Assembly: GCF_963676685.1 (NCBI RefSeq)
Contig: NC_092346.1
Location: 99,448,001-99,512,000 of the forward strand
Direction: 5' to 3'
DNA: 64,000 bases
Origin: Mytilus edulis
Taxonomy: Eukaryota
Shown here: positions 25,848 through 38,117 of the stretch, piece after piece
How the letters are laid out: each line of letters starts with the position of its first letter
How positions within the stretch are numbered: position 1 is the first letter of the stretch
Notes under the pieces: model-generated
What the model was told of the DNA's origin: nothing
Databases searched by the model: none
What the model saw: only the letters and a program-made list of their open reading frames with translations
Position numbers and translations under genes: made by a program

Positions 25848-28800
25848 TCAATGATTTCGTCGTATAGTTTTTTTAAGGGAAGCATTGTCTTTTCGTATTT
25901 CTTTCAGTGTTTTATTCTTCTTGATCTTTTGTTGTTGCTTCGCTTTATTAATTTGCCTCTTTAATAATACATTTGCCTTTCGTATTTCTTTCATAAGTTT
26001 TCTCTTTGAACCTTGAATGACTATGGAATCTTTCTCATTTTGAATGTCATAAAGCATTTTATTTAATCGGTCATTCTCAATTAATCCTTTTCCGATTTTA
26101 TGCTTACGCATTTCCAAAGATTCGCCGTGAACGACTAAAGTGTCGCCGCCATATTGAATATCATTCAATAATTTTGTTAATCGTTCATTCTCTGCTAAAC
26201 CTTTTCCTATGTTAGAAGAGTACTTATCTACAAAAGTAACAGGACCATTTATATTTGGATTAGGAACATTCAACTGAGTGTGTAGCTTTCTATTGTCTGC
26301 TAGTGCTAATCCAATCGGATGACTTTGGTCAATAACAAATGAAGATGGAACATAATTTTGCAGCTGAAGACTTGATTGTTGGATACTAATTGTATTTGTG
26401 TTATCTAATATGATCGGGATTTGTTGGTTTTTCTGTCGTTTTGCTTGAGCAATCTGTTTCCTAACCATGGCATTTTCCTGTTTTATCTGCTTCTTGGTCA
26501 TTGCTTTTGTTTTCCTCCTTTGAGTTTTGGATCTTACGATTTCTTTTTTTAGTGCAGTGTTGGATTTTCGTAGTTCTTTAATTGCCTTTCTCTTTGAACC
26601 TTGAACAAATAAGGAATCGTTATTAGTGTGGATATCATCAAGACGTTTACTGAGCCTACCATTTTTAGATAAGGCCTTTCCTATTGCATGATTGTTTATA
26701 TCTAATACCTCTCCATGGACCATTAATGTATCTCCGCCATTTTGTATATCACTTAGAGCTTTTGCTAGGCGTTCATTCTTTGCAAGTTTTTTTCCTATTT
26801 TAGATTTGTGTTTATGAACAAATGAGCCTACTCCGTTAACGTTATGGATTCCATTATCAAGTCCGTGTAGAGTTGTTCTTAAATGCTGGTTTTCTGCTAT
26901 AGCTGCGTCAATTTGATTCTTTTTCTGTATCACAGAAACATTTGGTAAAGCAAATCTCTTAACACGTTGTCCGTAACTATTCCATGCACCTAACGTCGAA
27001 CTATGTGGTCTGGCATGGACATTATTATTTGATGATCCTGCATATACTCCCCCTGGTATCACATTTGGTATTATTTGTTGTGATGTAAATCCTGAAGCAA
27101 ATCTTGATGTTACTGCAGGCACAGTAGAGTCATAATTGTCATGAATGTTCACCCTTTCTGCCGTTCGTTCAATATTATAGACGCTAGGAGTTTTCTGAAC
27201 TTGAGAAGTATGGAGAGGCCGAATAACTTGGTGTCTTGTTATTAATGATGGACGATTTACATTGTTGTAATTATTATTTCCATGTCCATTTACGGCTACA
27301 AAATAACAAAAAATAATATAAAACTTTTTAAAACTGAAGTTATTAAAACAAATAGTAGTAAGTAAAGTAACATATATAGAGATGTGATGTGATGTTCAAT
27401 GGTAGTCGTTTGTTGATGTAGTTCATATAAACTGTCTTTCGTTTCTCATTTTGTGTATAGATTATATCGTTGGTTTTCCCGTTTAAATCGTCTTACACTA
27501 GTAATTGTTGGTGTTGGGCCCTTTATAGCTTGCTGTTCGGTGTGAGCCATGGTTTCGTGTTGAAGACCGTACTTTGACCTATAATGGTTTACTTTTACAA
27601 ATTGTGACTTGGAAGGAAAGTTGTCTCACTGGCACTCATACCACTTCTTCTTCTATCTATATGTATTTTGTTTTTGTTACATTTATCACCACAGTTTCAT
27701 TTTTGTGTTTTTTCCTCTATCTTGAATTTATTGCACAATTCTTGTAAGTATGCATTTTTTTTTTCATTAAGAAGAGATGAGCTGTGCGTATTTACTGATA
27801 TTATTTAAATATTAATATTGAATGGTGTATCCCTTATCTCGGAAAAGGAGGCAAATATAAAGTTTTGTTACTCTGAGGTTGTATCCGACACAGTCAAGTG
27901 ACAATTAGTTCATAATTATTCAACAAGAATGAATTATCATTTGGTATAAATTGCACAAAACATGTCGGTGGAGAAGAGAGGACAATTTTTTAAAGAAACT
28001 AGAAAATGAAGATCTGATCTAAAAAGGACGGAAATCTAGCAGCTCAATAGGCCAATTTTAACAAATTCCTCAGATATATGTTGCAATGGTGTTATATAAT
28101 GAGGAGAGTGCGACACACTCGTCCTATATACACTGGGCATCAGATGTTATGTCAAAGATGGTATGGGAATTTCGCTTTATTCTGAATAAATTTTGATATT
28201 TGATCACAGAAAGGGTGTATTCCGTTTTAAACGTGAAAGGAAACAGCATTTTAATATAGTTGTTTTTATATTGTACTGGTATAGCTCTTTTAAGGGGACG
28301 AAATTGAATATACACTGTTGCTTTTTTTTTTTTAACTTTCGGTTGGATATAAGCATCATGACATGGGTACTTATTAAAAGTAAAATCCGTTTGAATATAT
28401 ATAAATGTTTATGAAAATCAAAGTAAAATGAAAACAAAAGCAAAAACGAAAGAAATAAGCAGTCCATGACCATAGTAAGATAAGAAAATTAAATAACATT
28501 TTGGTTTTGATATTTTAATTTCACAAATTGATCGATCGTTTTAGTTTTATTAACATGAATGTCCACACTTGACATATTATAATTATTTACCACTTTTATA
28601 GCTTTAAAAATGTGCCGTCAATAGTTTTTTCAAGCCAACAATCTAAAGGACGGTAATTAACTGTTTAATTCTATGATAATGGGATGGGCCATACTTATGA
28701 TGATTTTCTAAGAAGAAATTTTATACAAGAAAATATTCAATGGTTTGAAAAAACGGACTTTGTTTGTTATTATAAATTGTTGTAAACAAAATTATGAATT

Positions 28801-28920
28801 ATATTGAGAATATAGAAGAATATGCTATAACATATGAATAAAAGATTTCTAAAAACGTATATAATACTTACATGAAAATGTCAAATAAAGAAAAGCTATA
28901 AGTTGAACCGTAATAAACAT
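25848..28920 (-). CDS. Uncharacterised secreted Lys/Asn-rich basic protein (~498 aa) with internally duplicated helical-repeat domain (gene B)
   Basis: Coding exons 28920-28872 (MFITVQLIAFLYLTFS+T, donor gtaagt) and 27295-25848 (acceptor ttattttgtag, phase 1). The join gives signal-peptide-like MFITVQLIAFLYLTFSSVNG|HGNNN. The frame is open for 1448 nt. Contains an RVKR site and no Cys. Confidence 0.85.
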
Positions 28921-29488
28921 ATCTTTATAATATTCTGAAAAATGAAATAATAATAAACGTTATTATAAAAAGAAGATGTGGTATGATTGCCAATGAGACA
29001 ACTCTCCAGAACAGATCAAATGATACAGAAATTAACAACTATAGGTCACCGTACGGCCTTCAACAATGAGCAAAGCACATACCGAGCCCATATCGCATAG
29101 TCCGCTATAAAAGGCCCGGAAATGACAACGCAAAACAATTTAAACGAGAAAACTAACGGCTTAATTCATGTACAAAAAATGAACGAAGAACAAATATGTA
29201 ACTGACTAACACATAAACAAACGACAACCACTGAATAACATGCAAACAGTTCATTTGTGAACGAGTAGTCCCCCTTTCGAGGTAAGTTTAGAACCACTGA
29301 TTTGTGAATAAAGGTGAAAACTATATAATATTAAGTTAAAGCCATATTTTATATATTATACGAACTAAGGTTACTAAGTCTTTCACCATATTATAAAAAT
29401 CATAACTAAATAGCGGAGAGTTTGATCTTCCTGAAGTAAAGTGTTATTGTATTATAGTGTTTCTTTAACTCTCGTTTTAACACCTTAC

Positions 29489-29550
29489 CTTTCAGAATAG
29501 TTTCCTTTTACTAAGTGTGTTTTCTAATAAATCAAACATTTTATTTATAT
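29489..29550 (-). promoter_or_regulatory. TATA box and short non-coding first exon of gene B
   Basis: Minus strand TATAAATA at 29549-29542 and strong donor gaaag|gtaagg at 29488. Matching acceptor ttcatttttcag at 28935, 14 nt before the ATG. Confidence 0.6.
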
Positions 29551-31864
29551 GACCATGCTGTCAGATTAACAAATTGACCTCTGTTTTAGGCGACCGGACA
29601 TGAAGTGACGTATTGATTTTGCAACATAATTTGTTAAGCTTTGACAAGTCTTACAACATATTATATATTCTTGTCGAACGGGTACATAATACGACACGAC
29701 TATGTGATTCACTGAACAGAACGGGAAAATTTCTTGGATACTAATCCAACACAAAATATTAATCTTCTTCCGTCCCAGAACACCGTGCCCAGAATACTAG
29801 TTTTAGCGTTAGACCGATGACCTGCTACTTATTCGCTTACAATATGCTTGTTATAGGTCGCACCTTTTTTGTTCTTGTCTCTGATGCTATATTGGTTCTA
29901 AGAGATAAAATAACCCTATTCTAAGGCGTAAATACTCGTTTCAGTGATCGACTGATGCCCTGTTACTTATTCGTTCCATATTCTCTTACTATACGTGTGA
30001 TATTCGGTGCACCTTTTTAAAACAATATCTTTTCAATTGTATTCATTCAGTATTTTTTTTTCTGTAGATTACTCATCTTCAAACGAAATGAGCGTTATCA
30101 GTAATTTTTTTCTGACAATTTTTTTTTAATTACTTATGACGTGTTAATCAAATATAATATTAATAAATGCAGAAGCATATAATTATCTAATGAACCAAAT
30201 ATTTCCTTATTCAATTTTTTACGATTTTTTGTCAACGAAATAGTTAGGCTGATTATTTTAGATATGCAATGTATACTAAATGTAAACGCACAAGTTCGTT
30301 TAAAAAGATCGAAAACGCGAGATGCTCTTCAGAGATCGATTTTATTTCAATTCCGTGCAAGTGTTAACGGGGTCTAATTAACACCATTTCTGTTTTTATC
30401 ACTCATCCTTAGGCATCTATGAATATCGAAATATTCCGTAATGTTGCTAGAAACTCAGTCTAAGTATACTCGTATGAGGTTGAATAAAACCTAGTCCGAC
30501 CTTTTTTTCTCAAATCTCCTTTTAATTATTTTTTTCCCATATGCATTCCTCTGTAATTCTTCATTCCGACATCTTTTTAACACAGACACGATTATGTTTT
30601 TTTAAACAAAAAATGCACACCTTATACATAAATATCAAACAATCGGGACAAACTCGGAATGGTCATATAAAAAAACCTACAATGTTAGAAGATTATATGT
30701 TAACTTCTCTAGATGTACTTTGTTTTACATGTATGCGTCATTAGGTTACTGTTTTGTTGGTGTTTATTTGAAATCTAATTATCATATTCATGTAAAAATG
30801 TAAGTGCAGTACACATTCAAAATACGTCAGTGCAATTTGCCATATCCATACCTATTGCTAAAGATACAGTGAATTTTGAGTACATGATCAGAAAGATTGA
30901 TGATTTTCGTACTTTCTTAATGATTTGTAAAATATCGATGTAATTAAGAACCTACAAAAGTCTATACATGTAGAAAATTAAGGAAAAAAGTATTATATTA
31001 CAATTTGATTGGCTCATCTTGTTGTCGAGTATCCAGATTCTATTTCGTTTCTTTACGGCCATTTTTGTGTGTTTTTTGTTGTTAGATTGCTGTATAGTGG
31101 ACTCTCTTTTCATTCTCATATTTTATCCAATTCTGGAACATGTCTATTATTTAAAAACAATTTTCATTTTTTTCTCGTCAAATTAACCTATCAAAACGAT
31201 TGTCACTCTCTCCATCGGCTCAAAGAGGAATAACTCTAATAAACGTTTCCAGTTCGCGGAAACCGCGACGTCATAAACCACTAACGGCATAGTACTGTTG
31301 CGCTTGTAATTGCGCATAAACAATAGAGGGATTTGTCTTTAATTAAATGACCTGTGTGCCATCACGGCATCTGGAGAACAGCAATCCATATACGATATAC
31401 CAATACAGAAGAATAATCACCTTATAATATATTTTTAATTAATCAAATATTACTAGTACCAGGGAGCAATGTCCTTTGTTAGAACTTGGTATGAAAATTT
31501 CTCATGGTAGTTGTCAACCTAAATGTAATAATAAAATGGATGATCTCATGATTTCCCTATTCTGATGTTAATTTTACTTTTATTTTTCCAGAAAAAAATT
31601 ATATATTACCTTTTTTGCAAAGTAAAAAGGTCCCTCCTTTCAAACAATAGAAACATAATTGACTTGTACATGCAGTGCCCCAACCTGACCACTCTGCTGG
31701 GGTTAGTGATAAGTTCTTACAGTAACTTTCCAAGGAACGGCTTCACCTTCCATTGACACCCTTTATGACACAGGAGGGCGTAGAAAAAAACCCGCCAAAA
31801 TGACTTTCTTTGAATTCATATGATCTTTGTATCTGTGGTCAGCTTCGTTATTATGTTTAGTAGC

Positions 31865-32790
31865 TTTAAAAGAAGGGCGATAGATAACAGAGGGACAGTC
31901 AAACTCATCAATCGAAGATAAACTGACAACGCCATGGCAAAAATGAAAAAGACAAACAGAAAAATATTAGTACACAAGACACAACATAGAAAACTAAAGA
32001 TTAAGCAACACGAACCCCTTCAAAAACTTGGGGTGATGTCAGGTGCTCAGGGTGGGTAAGCAGATCTTGCTCCACATGTGGCACTCGTCTAGTTGCTTAT
32101 GTTATTACAAAGCCAGTAAATAGAATAATTTGGTAGTTACGACATATGTTACATATCCGATTTCATCTATGAAACGGTTATTCCATAACGATCAACCAAC
32201 TCGTTAATAGCTTCTTTGTGAGCAGCAAACCTCTATTATCAAGGAAATCATGATAGGAAATACATGCCCGGGAATATCGTATCAATTGGGAGACATGTGC
32301 TCCGTATGCAGACGCTGCTGGAATGTTGCTACATAAACATGGAAAGTTCACAATTGGGAAATCAAGCTGAACTCATCTGTTTTGTCGTATGGTTTTATTT
32401 TCAACCGACCCTTATTGTCAATTTTTGATGTAAGTCAATATATATGGCAGACTTAACTGTATATGTTGTTCCTTAAAAAATTTATCTCTAGTTCGATTGG
32501 ATAGATGCGTTCAACATAGTCACTAAATTTAGAATTGTTTAATGAGAGAACATCATGATATGTATAGCGGAAAGTGAAGTTAAAGAATATTTCTAACTTA
32601 GTTTGTTTTTTCCTAAGAAGTTCTTGCATAAAGTCAGCCTCATAAGATCTAAACGATCAAGTCGGCAAGAAGAGGGGCACAATTGGTTCCCACGGGAGTA
32701 TCAATAGTTTTTCAAACACGTCCTCCAAACAGAACAAATATTTTGTCAATCAAGAAATAAATCATTTTGACAATTCTTTATATGTTTTCG
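31865..32790 (-). mobile_element. Decayed Penelope-like retroelement (RT fragment)
   Basis: Minus-strand translation fragments PVGTNCAPLLADL, SYEADFMQELL, FNFTFRY..DVLSLNNSKFSDYVERIYPIELEI and FPIVNFPCLCSNIPAASAYGAHVSQLIRYSRAC, with frameshifts. Confidence 0.75.
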
Positions 32791-33160
32791 ACGGTTTAAT
32801 ACCTAGCTTAACATGCTTATAAAATCTGCTTACTTTTACCATTCTGGCTAGTATAGAAAGTCCCTGGTATAGAGCCTTTTTAAGACGGTCGCTGATGACA
32901 TAAATGTTTGATCTATTTACCTTCGCCTTGTATATCGGTTAAAATTTCGTGTATTTATTTTGTAAACTATATCGAGTCATAATAAAGCTTGCTTATCGTT
33001 GGGACTAAATTACTCTCAACACTGCAGCTGGGAAATGAATAAACATCTTAAGAGTCATTCTCTGTAGGCTCTGTAGGCATAAAAATATGCTGGAAATGGA
33101 TTTCACCCACATTATTTAGTATTGGTTTTAATGATTATTGTATTCCACATTTTTTTTATT

Positions 33161-33206
33161 CGAGCATCACTGGTGAGTCTTTTCAAGCGTAGACGAAACA
33201 GGCGTG
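33161..33206 (+). ncRNA. Degenerate hammerhead ribozyme motif
   Basis: GAGCATCA-CTGGTGA-GTCT-tttcaagcgt-AGAC-GAAA-CAGGCGT; homologous to the 492-536 motif. Confidence 0.45.
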
Positions 33207-33745
33207 ATTCACCGGGCCAGGAACATATATATATGGATATCCTTTAGATATACGAATGATGAATATTACCCAGTAGCAATGTCAACCCTTGCTGTTGTGC
33301 ATTAGTCATGACTCATGAGGAGAATCACTATTGGAGTAATCTCATGTATCTGTAGCTAGTTCTGAAGGATCTCCCCTTGATGACCTTTGCATTGTTGTGA
33401 TGTAAAAGTCCCCCCGGCACTGCGGTGCACTGGTCATGAGGAGAACTACTGCAGAATGAGATACTATATTCCTGGTTCTATTTTTACTTTTTTTTGTTTC
33501 CGTATTAATAAACTTTATATCATATTCTTTTAATATTAATTAAGTCGGTCTCATTACACTCAATGCAGGAGGCTCAGTCTTACCATAACTATATTCTACA
33601 TTGCTCATATTATCAATTTATTATTTGTGTATTACTTATTGTGTATTTCACTAAATGTTTATATAATCATTGTATTATGATGTTTTTGTATCTTGCCCGA
33701 CAAGGGCCCATGATTGGTATAATAAAATAATGTCTAATGTCTATA

Positions 33746-36590
33746 CCCTTACCGAAAAATAAGCCCTGCGGCAAACATGTAAGTTTGCAGCAAACATTGC
33801 CGCAACCATTTTACCATGCAAATGAAGTTTGCGGCAAGCTTGCGGCAAACATAATTATGCAAATTAGATTTGCCGCAAGCTTGCGGCAATTGTTTGCTGC
33901 AAGCTTGCGGCAATTGTTTGTTGCAAACTTGCGGCAAACTTGCAGGAACTACACATATATCAATGTCATGTGTGTAGACACATTCAATTTATCTCTTTCA
34001 AATTACACAGCACCATTTTTAAAAAGTCAATTCCTGTCGTTATACAAACAGTCATTGAAAGAATTCTTGCAAACTCATGAGATGTGAGGAAATACAAACA
34101 TGCATTTGAGTTTTGAAAAAGGGACAGGAGTCATTCTCAAATGACATAATATACCTGTATTAAAAACTGAAAAAGATAAAATCTCAAGATGTATTATAAT
34201 AGCATTACAGAATTTAACTTAATCTTAATTAGTACATTAGTAACAAATTCAAACTTATAATAGCTTAAGTTTTTCAATCACACATACATGTATATGTCGT
34301 GTACAAGTTGCGATTTTGTACAGGTTATAACATGTACAAAAATATTGTACATGTTATAATTTGTATAATGCAAAAATACAAGTTATAACATGTACAAAAG
34401 TACCCCATACATGTTATAACATGTACAAAATATTGCTTAAAAATGGTTTTAACTTGTACAAATTTGAAAAACTAAATATATGGTTCTATTATTGCAACAG
34501 ATGTTATTAACCTCAATATGTGCAAATGTTTGTACCTCAGTGTCCTAAGTTAGGAATCTGATGTACAGTAATTGTCGTTTGTTTATGTAATTTATACGTG
34601 TTTCTCGTTTCTCGTTTTTTTTTATATAGATTAGACCGTTGGTTTTCCCGTTTGAATGGTTTTACACTAGTAATTTTGGGGCCCCCTTATAACTTGTTGT
34701 TCGGTGTGAGCCAAGGCTCCGTGTTGAAGGCCGTACATTGACCTATAATGGTTTACTTTTTTTAAATTGTTGTTTGGATGGAGAGTTGTCTCATTGGCAC
34801 TCACACCACATCTTCCTATATCTATTAAAGGTGTCACTATATCGGTTATGATAAAGTTCAAGGTTGAAATGGTGCACCATTGCTTAAAATCAATACATTG
34901 AAGGGTTATTCTTGACAACTCATAATAATCCGGCAACCTACAAAGATTTAGCAGGAAAATGAAAGTTGATAAGATAATAAATGAGAATAATTTTTTGACT
35001 GTCCTAAGACCCTTATTAGACACCTCTCCTGTATTCCTTACTATGTGACCATTTTAAGAGGGGCATGACCTTTTTGGGACATCGGGATCAGGGTTTTTTA
35101 AGCTGATAGCCAGGGTAGATTTCTCTACAAATTAAATTGAGAATGGAAATAGGTAATGTGTGAAAGAGACAACAACCCGACCATAGAGCTGAAAACAGCA
35201 GAGGGCCACCAATACCTGCTTTCAAAGCAGAGGATATACATATCTAAAACATGAGAATGACATTCGCCTCATGCAATGAATAATAGTTTATAATTTATTA
35301 CAAAAAAAATAATTTGAGGTATAAATTTACACAAGTCATACTGAAGGTAAAAAATGTTGAAACGTAGATTCAAAGATAATTATAATGAAGCGTGGTCCAA
35401 TGAAAACAATTTCAGCTCTCTCTTGCTTTTACAGATTAATCATATGAGACATTAATTTAGTTGTTGCATACTATAAAAAGAGGAGTTTTAAGCAAAATGT
35501 TAAGGAATTGTTCTTAAAAATTTCAGATGAATTTAGTTACTAGTATCTAGTGTATTGTCATCTAGGAATAAAAGAGAAAAGAAATGTATGCTTTAAGTGT
35601 CGCACTAATGTAAGCCATGACGGATTGCATAAAACATACAATTACATGAAAACACATTATGCCAACATAAGTCATGAAGAATATATTTCTGAAACTTTGT
35701 GATCATTTTCCTGTAAAGAAAAAACACGTTCTGGCCTATTGATTGTTGAACTTGTTCTTTATTCATTAATAAATTTTAATGTCTATTTAACTTCCTTTAT
35801 ATTTATTTCAATTTTTGTACAAGTTAACACCATTTTTAAGCAATATTTTGTACATGTTATAACATGTATGGGGTACTTTTGTACATGTTATAACTTGTAT
35901 TTTTGCATTATACAAGTTATAACATGTACAATATTTTTGTACATGTTATAACCTGTACAAAATCGCAACATGTACACGACATATATATAAGTTGCTTACT
36001 TAATTATGTATGATGATAACATTAATTATTTTATTAAAACATGCAGTTTTATGAATCATTTGTACTTACACAATTATATACTGATTATCCCATATTATTG
36101 AATCAAAATGCCTCCTTGATCTCTTATATATGTGAAATGCATTTCCAAACACAACCAACATGACCAAGCCACAATTTCAAATTGTTAGCATCCAGGAAGT
36201 GCCAACTAGGCATGCCCAGTCAATATTGTGTAATTCCTGCAATGTTCTGGCAAACATATAGAATGGTCAAAGTTTTCTGCAATCTTGCGGCAAACATATT
36301 GAATGATCTAAGTTTTCTGCAATCTTGCGGCAAACATATTGAAAGATCTAAGTTTTCGGCAATCTTGCGGCAAACATTCTTTATTATTTTAAACTTTCTG
36401 GCAATCTTACGGCAAACATTGATGTTTCTGCAAACTTGCCGCAAGCTTGCAGCAATGTTTGCCGGAAGTTTGCAGCTAGCGGCAAACATCTGCAAACATT
36501 ATTTTCTGTGTTCCTGCAAACTTTTTGTTTGCCGCAAGCTTGCAGCAAGTCTGCTGCAAGTTTGCGGCAAATAATTCAGTTTCATAAGGG
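33746..36590. mobile_element. Non-autonomous DNA transposon with CCC...GGG termini, TA flanks and subterminal TTGCGGCAA/TTGCCGCAA arrays (CACTA/EnSpm-like, inferred)
   Basis: ta|CCCTTA ... TAAGGG|ta. Clusters of ttgcggcaa/ttgccgcaa at 33765-33945 and 36235-36575. Confidence 0.7.
34295..35981. mobile_element. Nested foldback/TIR element with ~170-bp TGTACA-rich inverted repeats (TGTCG...CGACA)
   Basis: 34295-34470 is the near-perfect reverse complement of 35805-35981. TATA flanks. Related to 2201-3652. Confidence 0.85.
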
Positions 36591-36839
36591 TACTGTTCCC
36601 AGACCGGGCTCGACTTTGAGTTGAGCAAATACGAAATTTCAATCTTTGTATCTATGATTTTATTGTTAAAGGATTTTACTATTTTTATGAATACTTTAAC
36701 ATTATAGTCTATGCTATATTTGAACAGAAAACCTGAGACACACGTTAAAGTAGATCATTATAATTTCCAACGGTTCGATAGTATAGTGGGAAATTATTGT
36801 AATAACGGTACTAGTGAATACTATTGATACGGGTACTTC

Positions 36840-37185
36840 TTATGTACACGTATATACATACATGTATCACGTGATACTGATATTTAGCGGGAATATTTTC
36901 CCTTGTTGGTCACTTCTAGCCAAGCATCAGACTGGACAACAGTGAAATAAATTTCATTTTCAATTGAATTGTTATTCTAATTTGTATTTAGTAGGGATTT
37001 ATAAAGTTACTTGATTTATTATGTATTCCATATAGTATATTTATTCAGTTATACACAGTCCAAGTGTACCTCTCGAGACGGTCTTCCGAGCATTTGGGTT
37101 TGGACACAGGTTTCCAAAATTGTCCACTTTATTTAAAATGTAGTCTTTTGACTGCAGTTTAAATGGAGTTTGAACCGAGGTAACT
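36840..37185 (+). promoter_or_regulatory. Possible promoter / non-coding first exon of RSRC1
   Basis: Locally CpG-richer unique sequence with GCGGGAA (E2F-like), CACGTG and TCTCGAGA, and donor-like ccgag|gtaact at ~37180. The acceptor at 41480 upstream of the RSRC1 ATG requires an upstream exon. Confidence 0.3.
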
Positions 37186-37953
37186 CGTTTTTGTTGGTTT
37201 TTCCTGGCCGGCGGGATCGTTTATGACAGAGCCCATATTTTTGAACACAATTTACTCGTTTTTTCTAAAGAATTCCTTATGAAAGTTTATTTATAGTGCA
37301 TTGATACTTATGCTTCATGTATATTGTGTATATATATATCTATTATATTTATATTAAAAAAATATGGGGTCCACTAGTATTGCTGGGCTATCGGCTATAT
37401 ATAGTATTTTAGTATTTATTGATATGCCTAGAAATAGTATTTAGTAAAGTTGATACTAGTAGTGAGTCTCAGTACAGAATCTATTTTATCTATACGGACT
37501 TTGCTCTTTTCTCTTCCGACATTGGTTTATATAATTTATATTTTTGGTCATTTAATATCACTTCAGCGTTTTTAATTTCTCACGAAACACAATTGTATGA
37601 AAACTTAAAAAAGTACATTGACGAAAACTTTTTTGTAAAATAATTTTATTTTTTACAAACAAAAAACGACAATTTAAACCTGACAAACTTAATGAGGTAA
37701 CTATTTAACACGACTTTGTGTAGTAAAATATAACAAATGTGACCGACAGTACAGCTTTTAACCAGATTGACATCAACCCAACATGTCTTTTGTGTGAGGA
37801 GGACTCTGAAACATATCATTTCATTCATTCATGTCCTGCTTAAATTTCTGATAGAAATCATCACATGCTTGAACTTTCGCACATTCTCAATCATAGTGAG
37901 CCCTGCTCAAAGTGTAGAACATTAGAAAAGCTAGAAATTAGTACACAACTAAT

Positions 37954-38117
37954 ATACACCTTATCGCTAATCCCGGCTGACCCGGCCGCTTGAACTTTTG
38001 ACGCATACAACAATCACTTTTCCATTGTGGCTTCAGATATTTTGTTTTATGACGTCAAAATTTTACGGGAACCTGTGTGATATCCAGTAATGGCGGACAA
38101 ATAGCGATAAGGTGTAT
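37954..38117. mobile_element. Short MITE (~165 bp)
   Basis: TIR ATACACCTTATCGCTA / TAGCGATAAGGTGTAT. Related interiors in opposite orientation at 38151-38358 (own TIR aata.acgtatttacactt) and at ~41085-41230. Confidence 0.75.

Noticed and set aside
27150-27152. Start of the 434-aa ORF
   Set aside because: It is an internal GTG. The frame stays open to the acceptor at 27296 and joins the signal-peptide exon at 28872-28920.
33737-36624. ORFs with AASLRQ/CRKLAA repeats
   Set aside because: Translations of TTGCGGCAA subterminal arrays, open on both strands.
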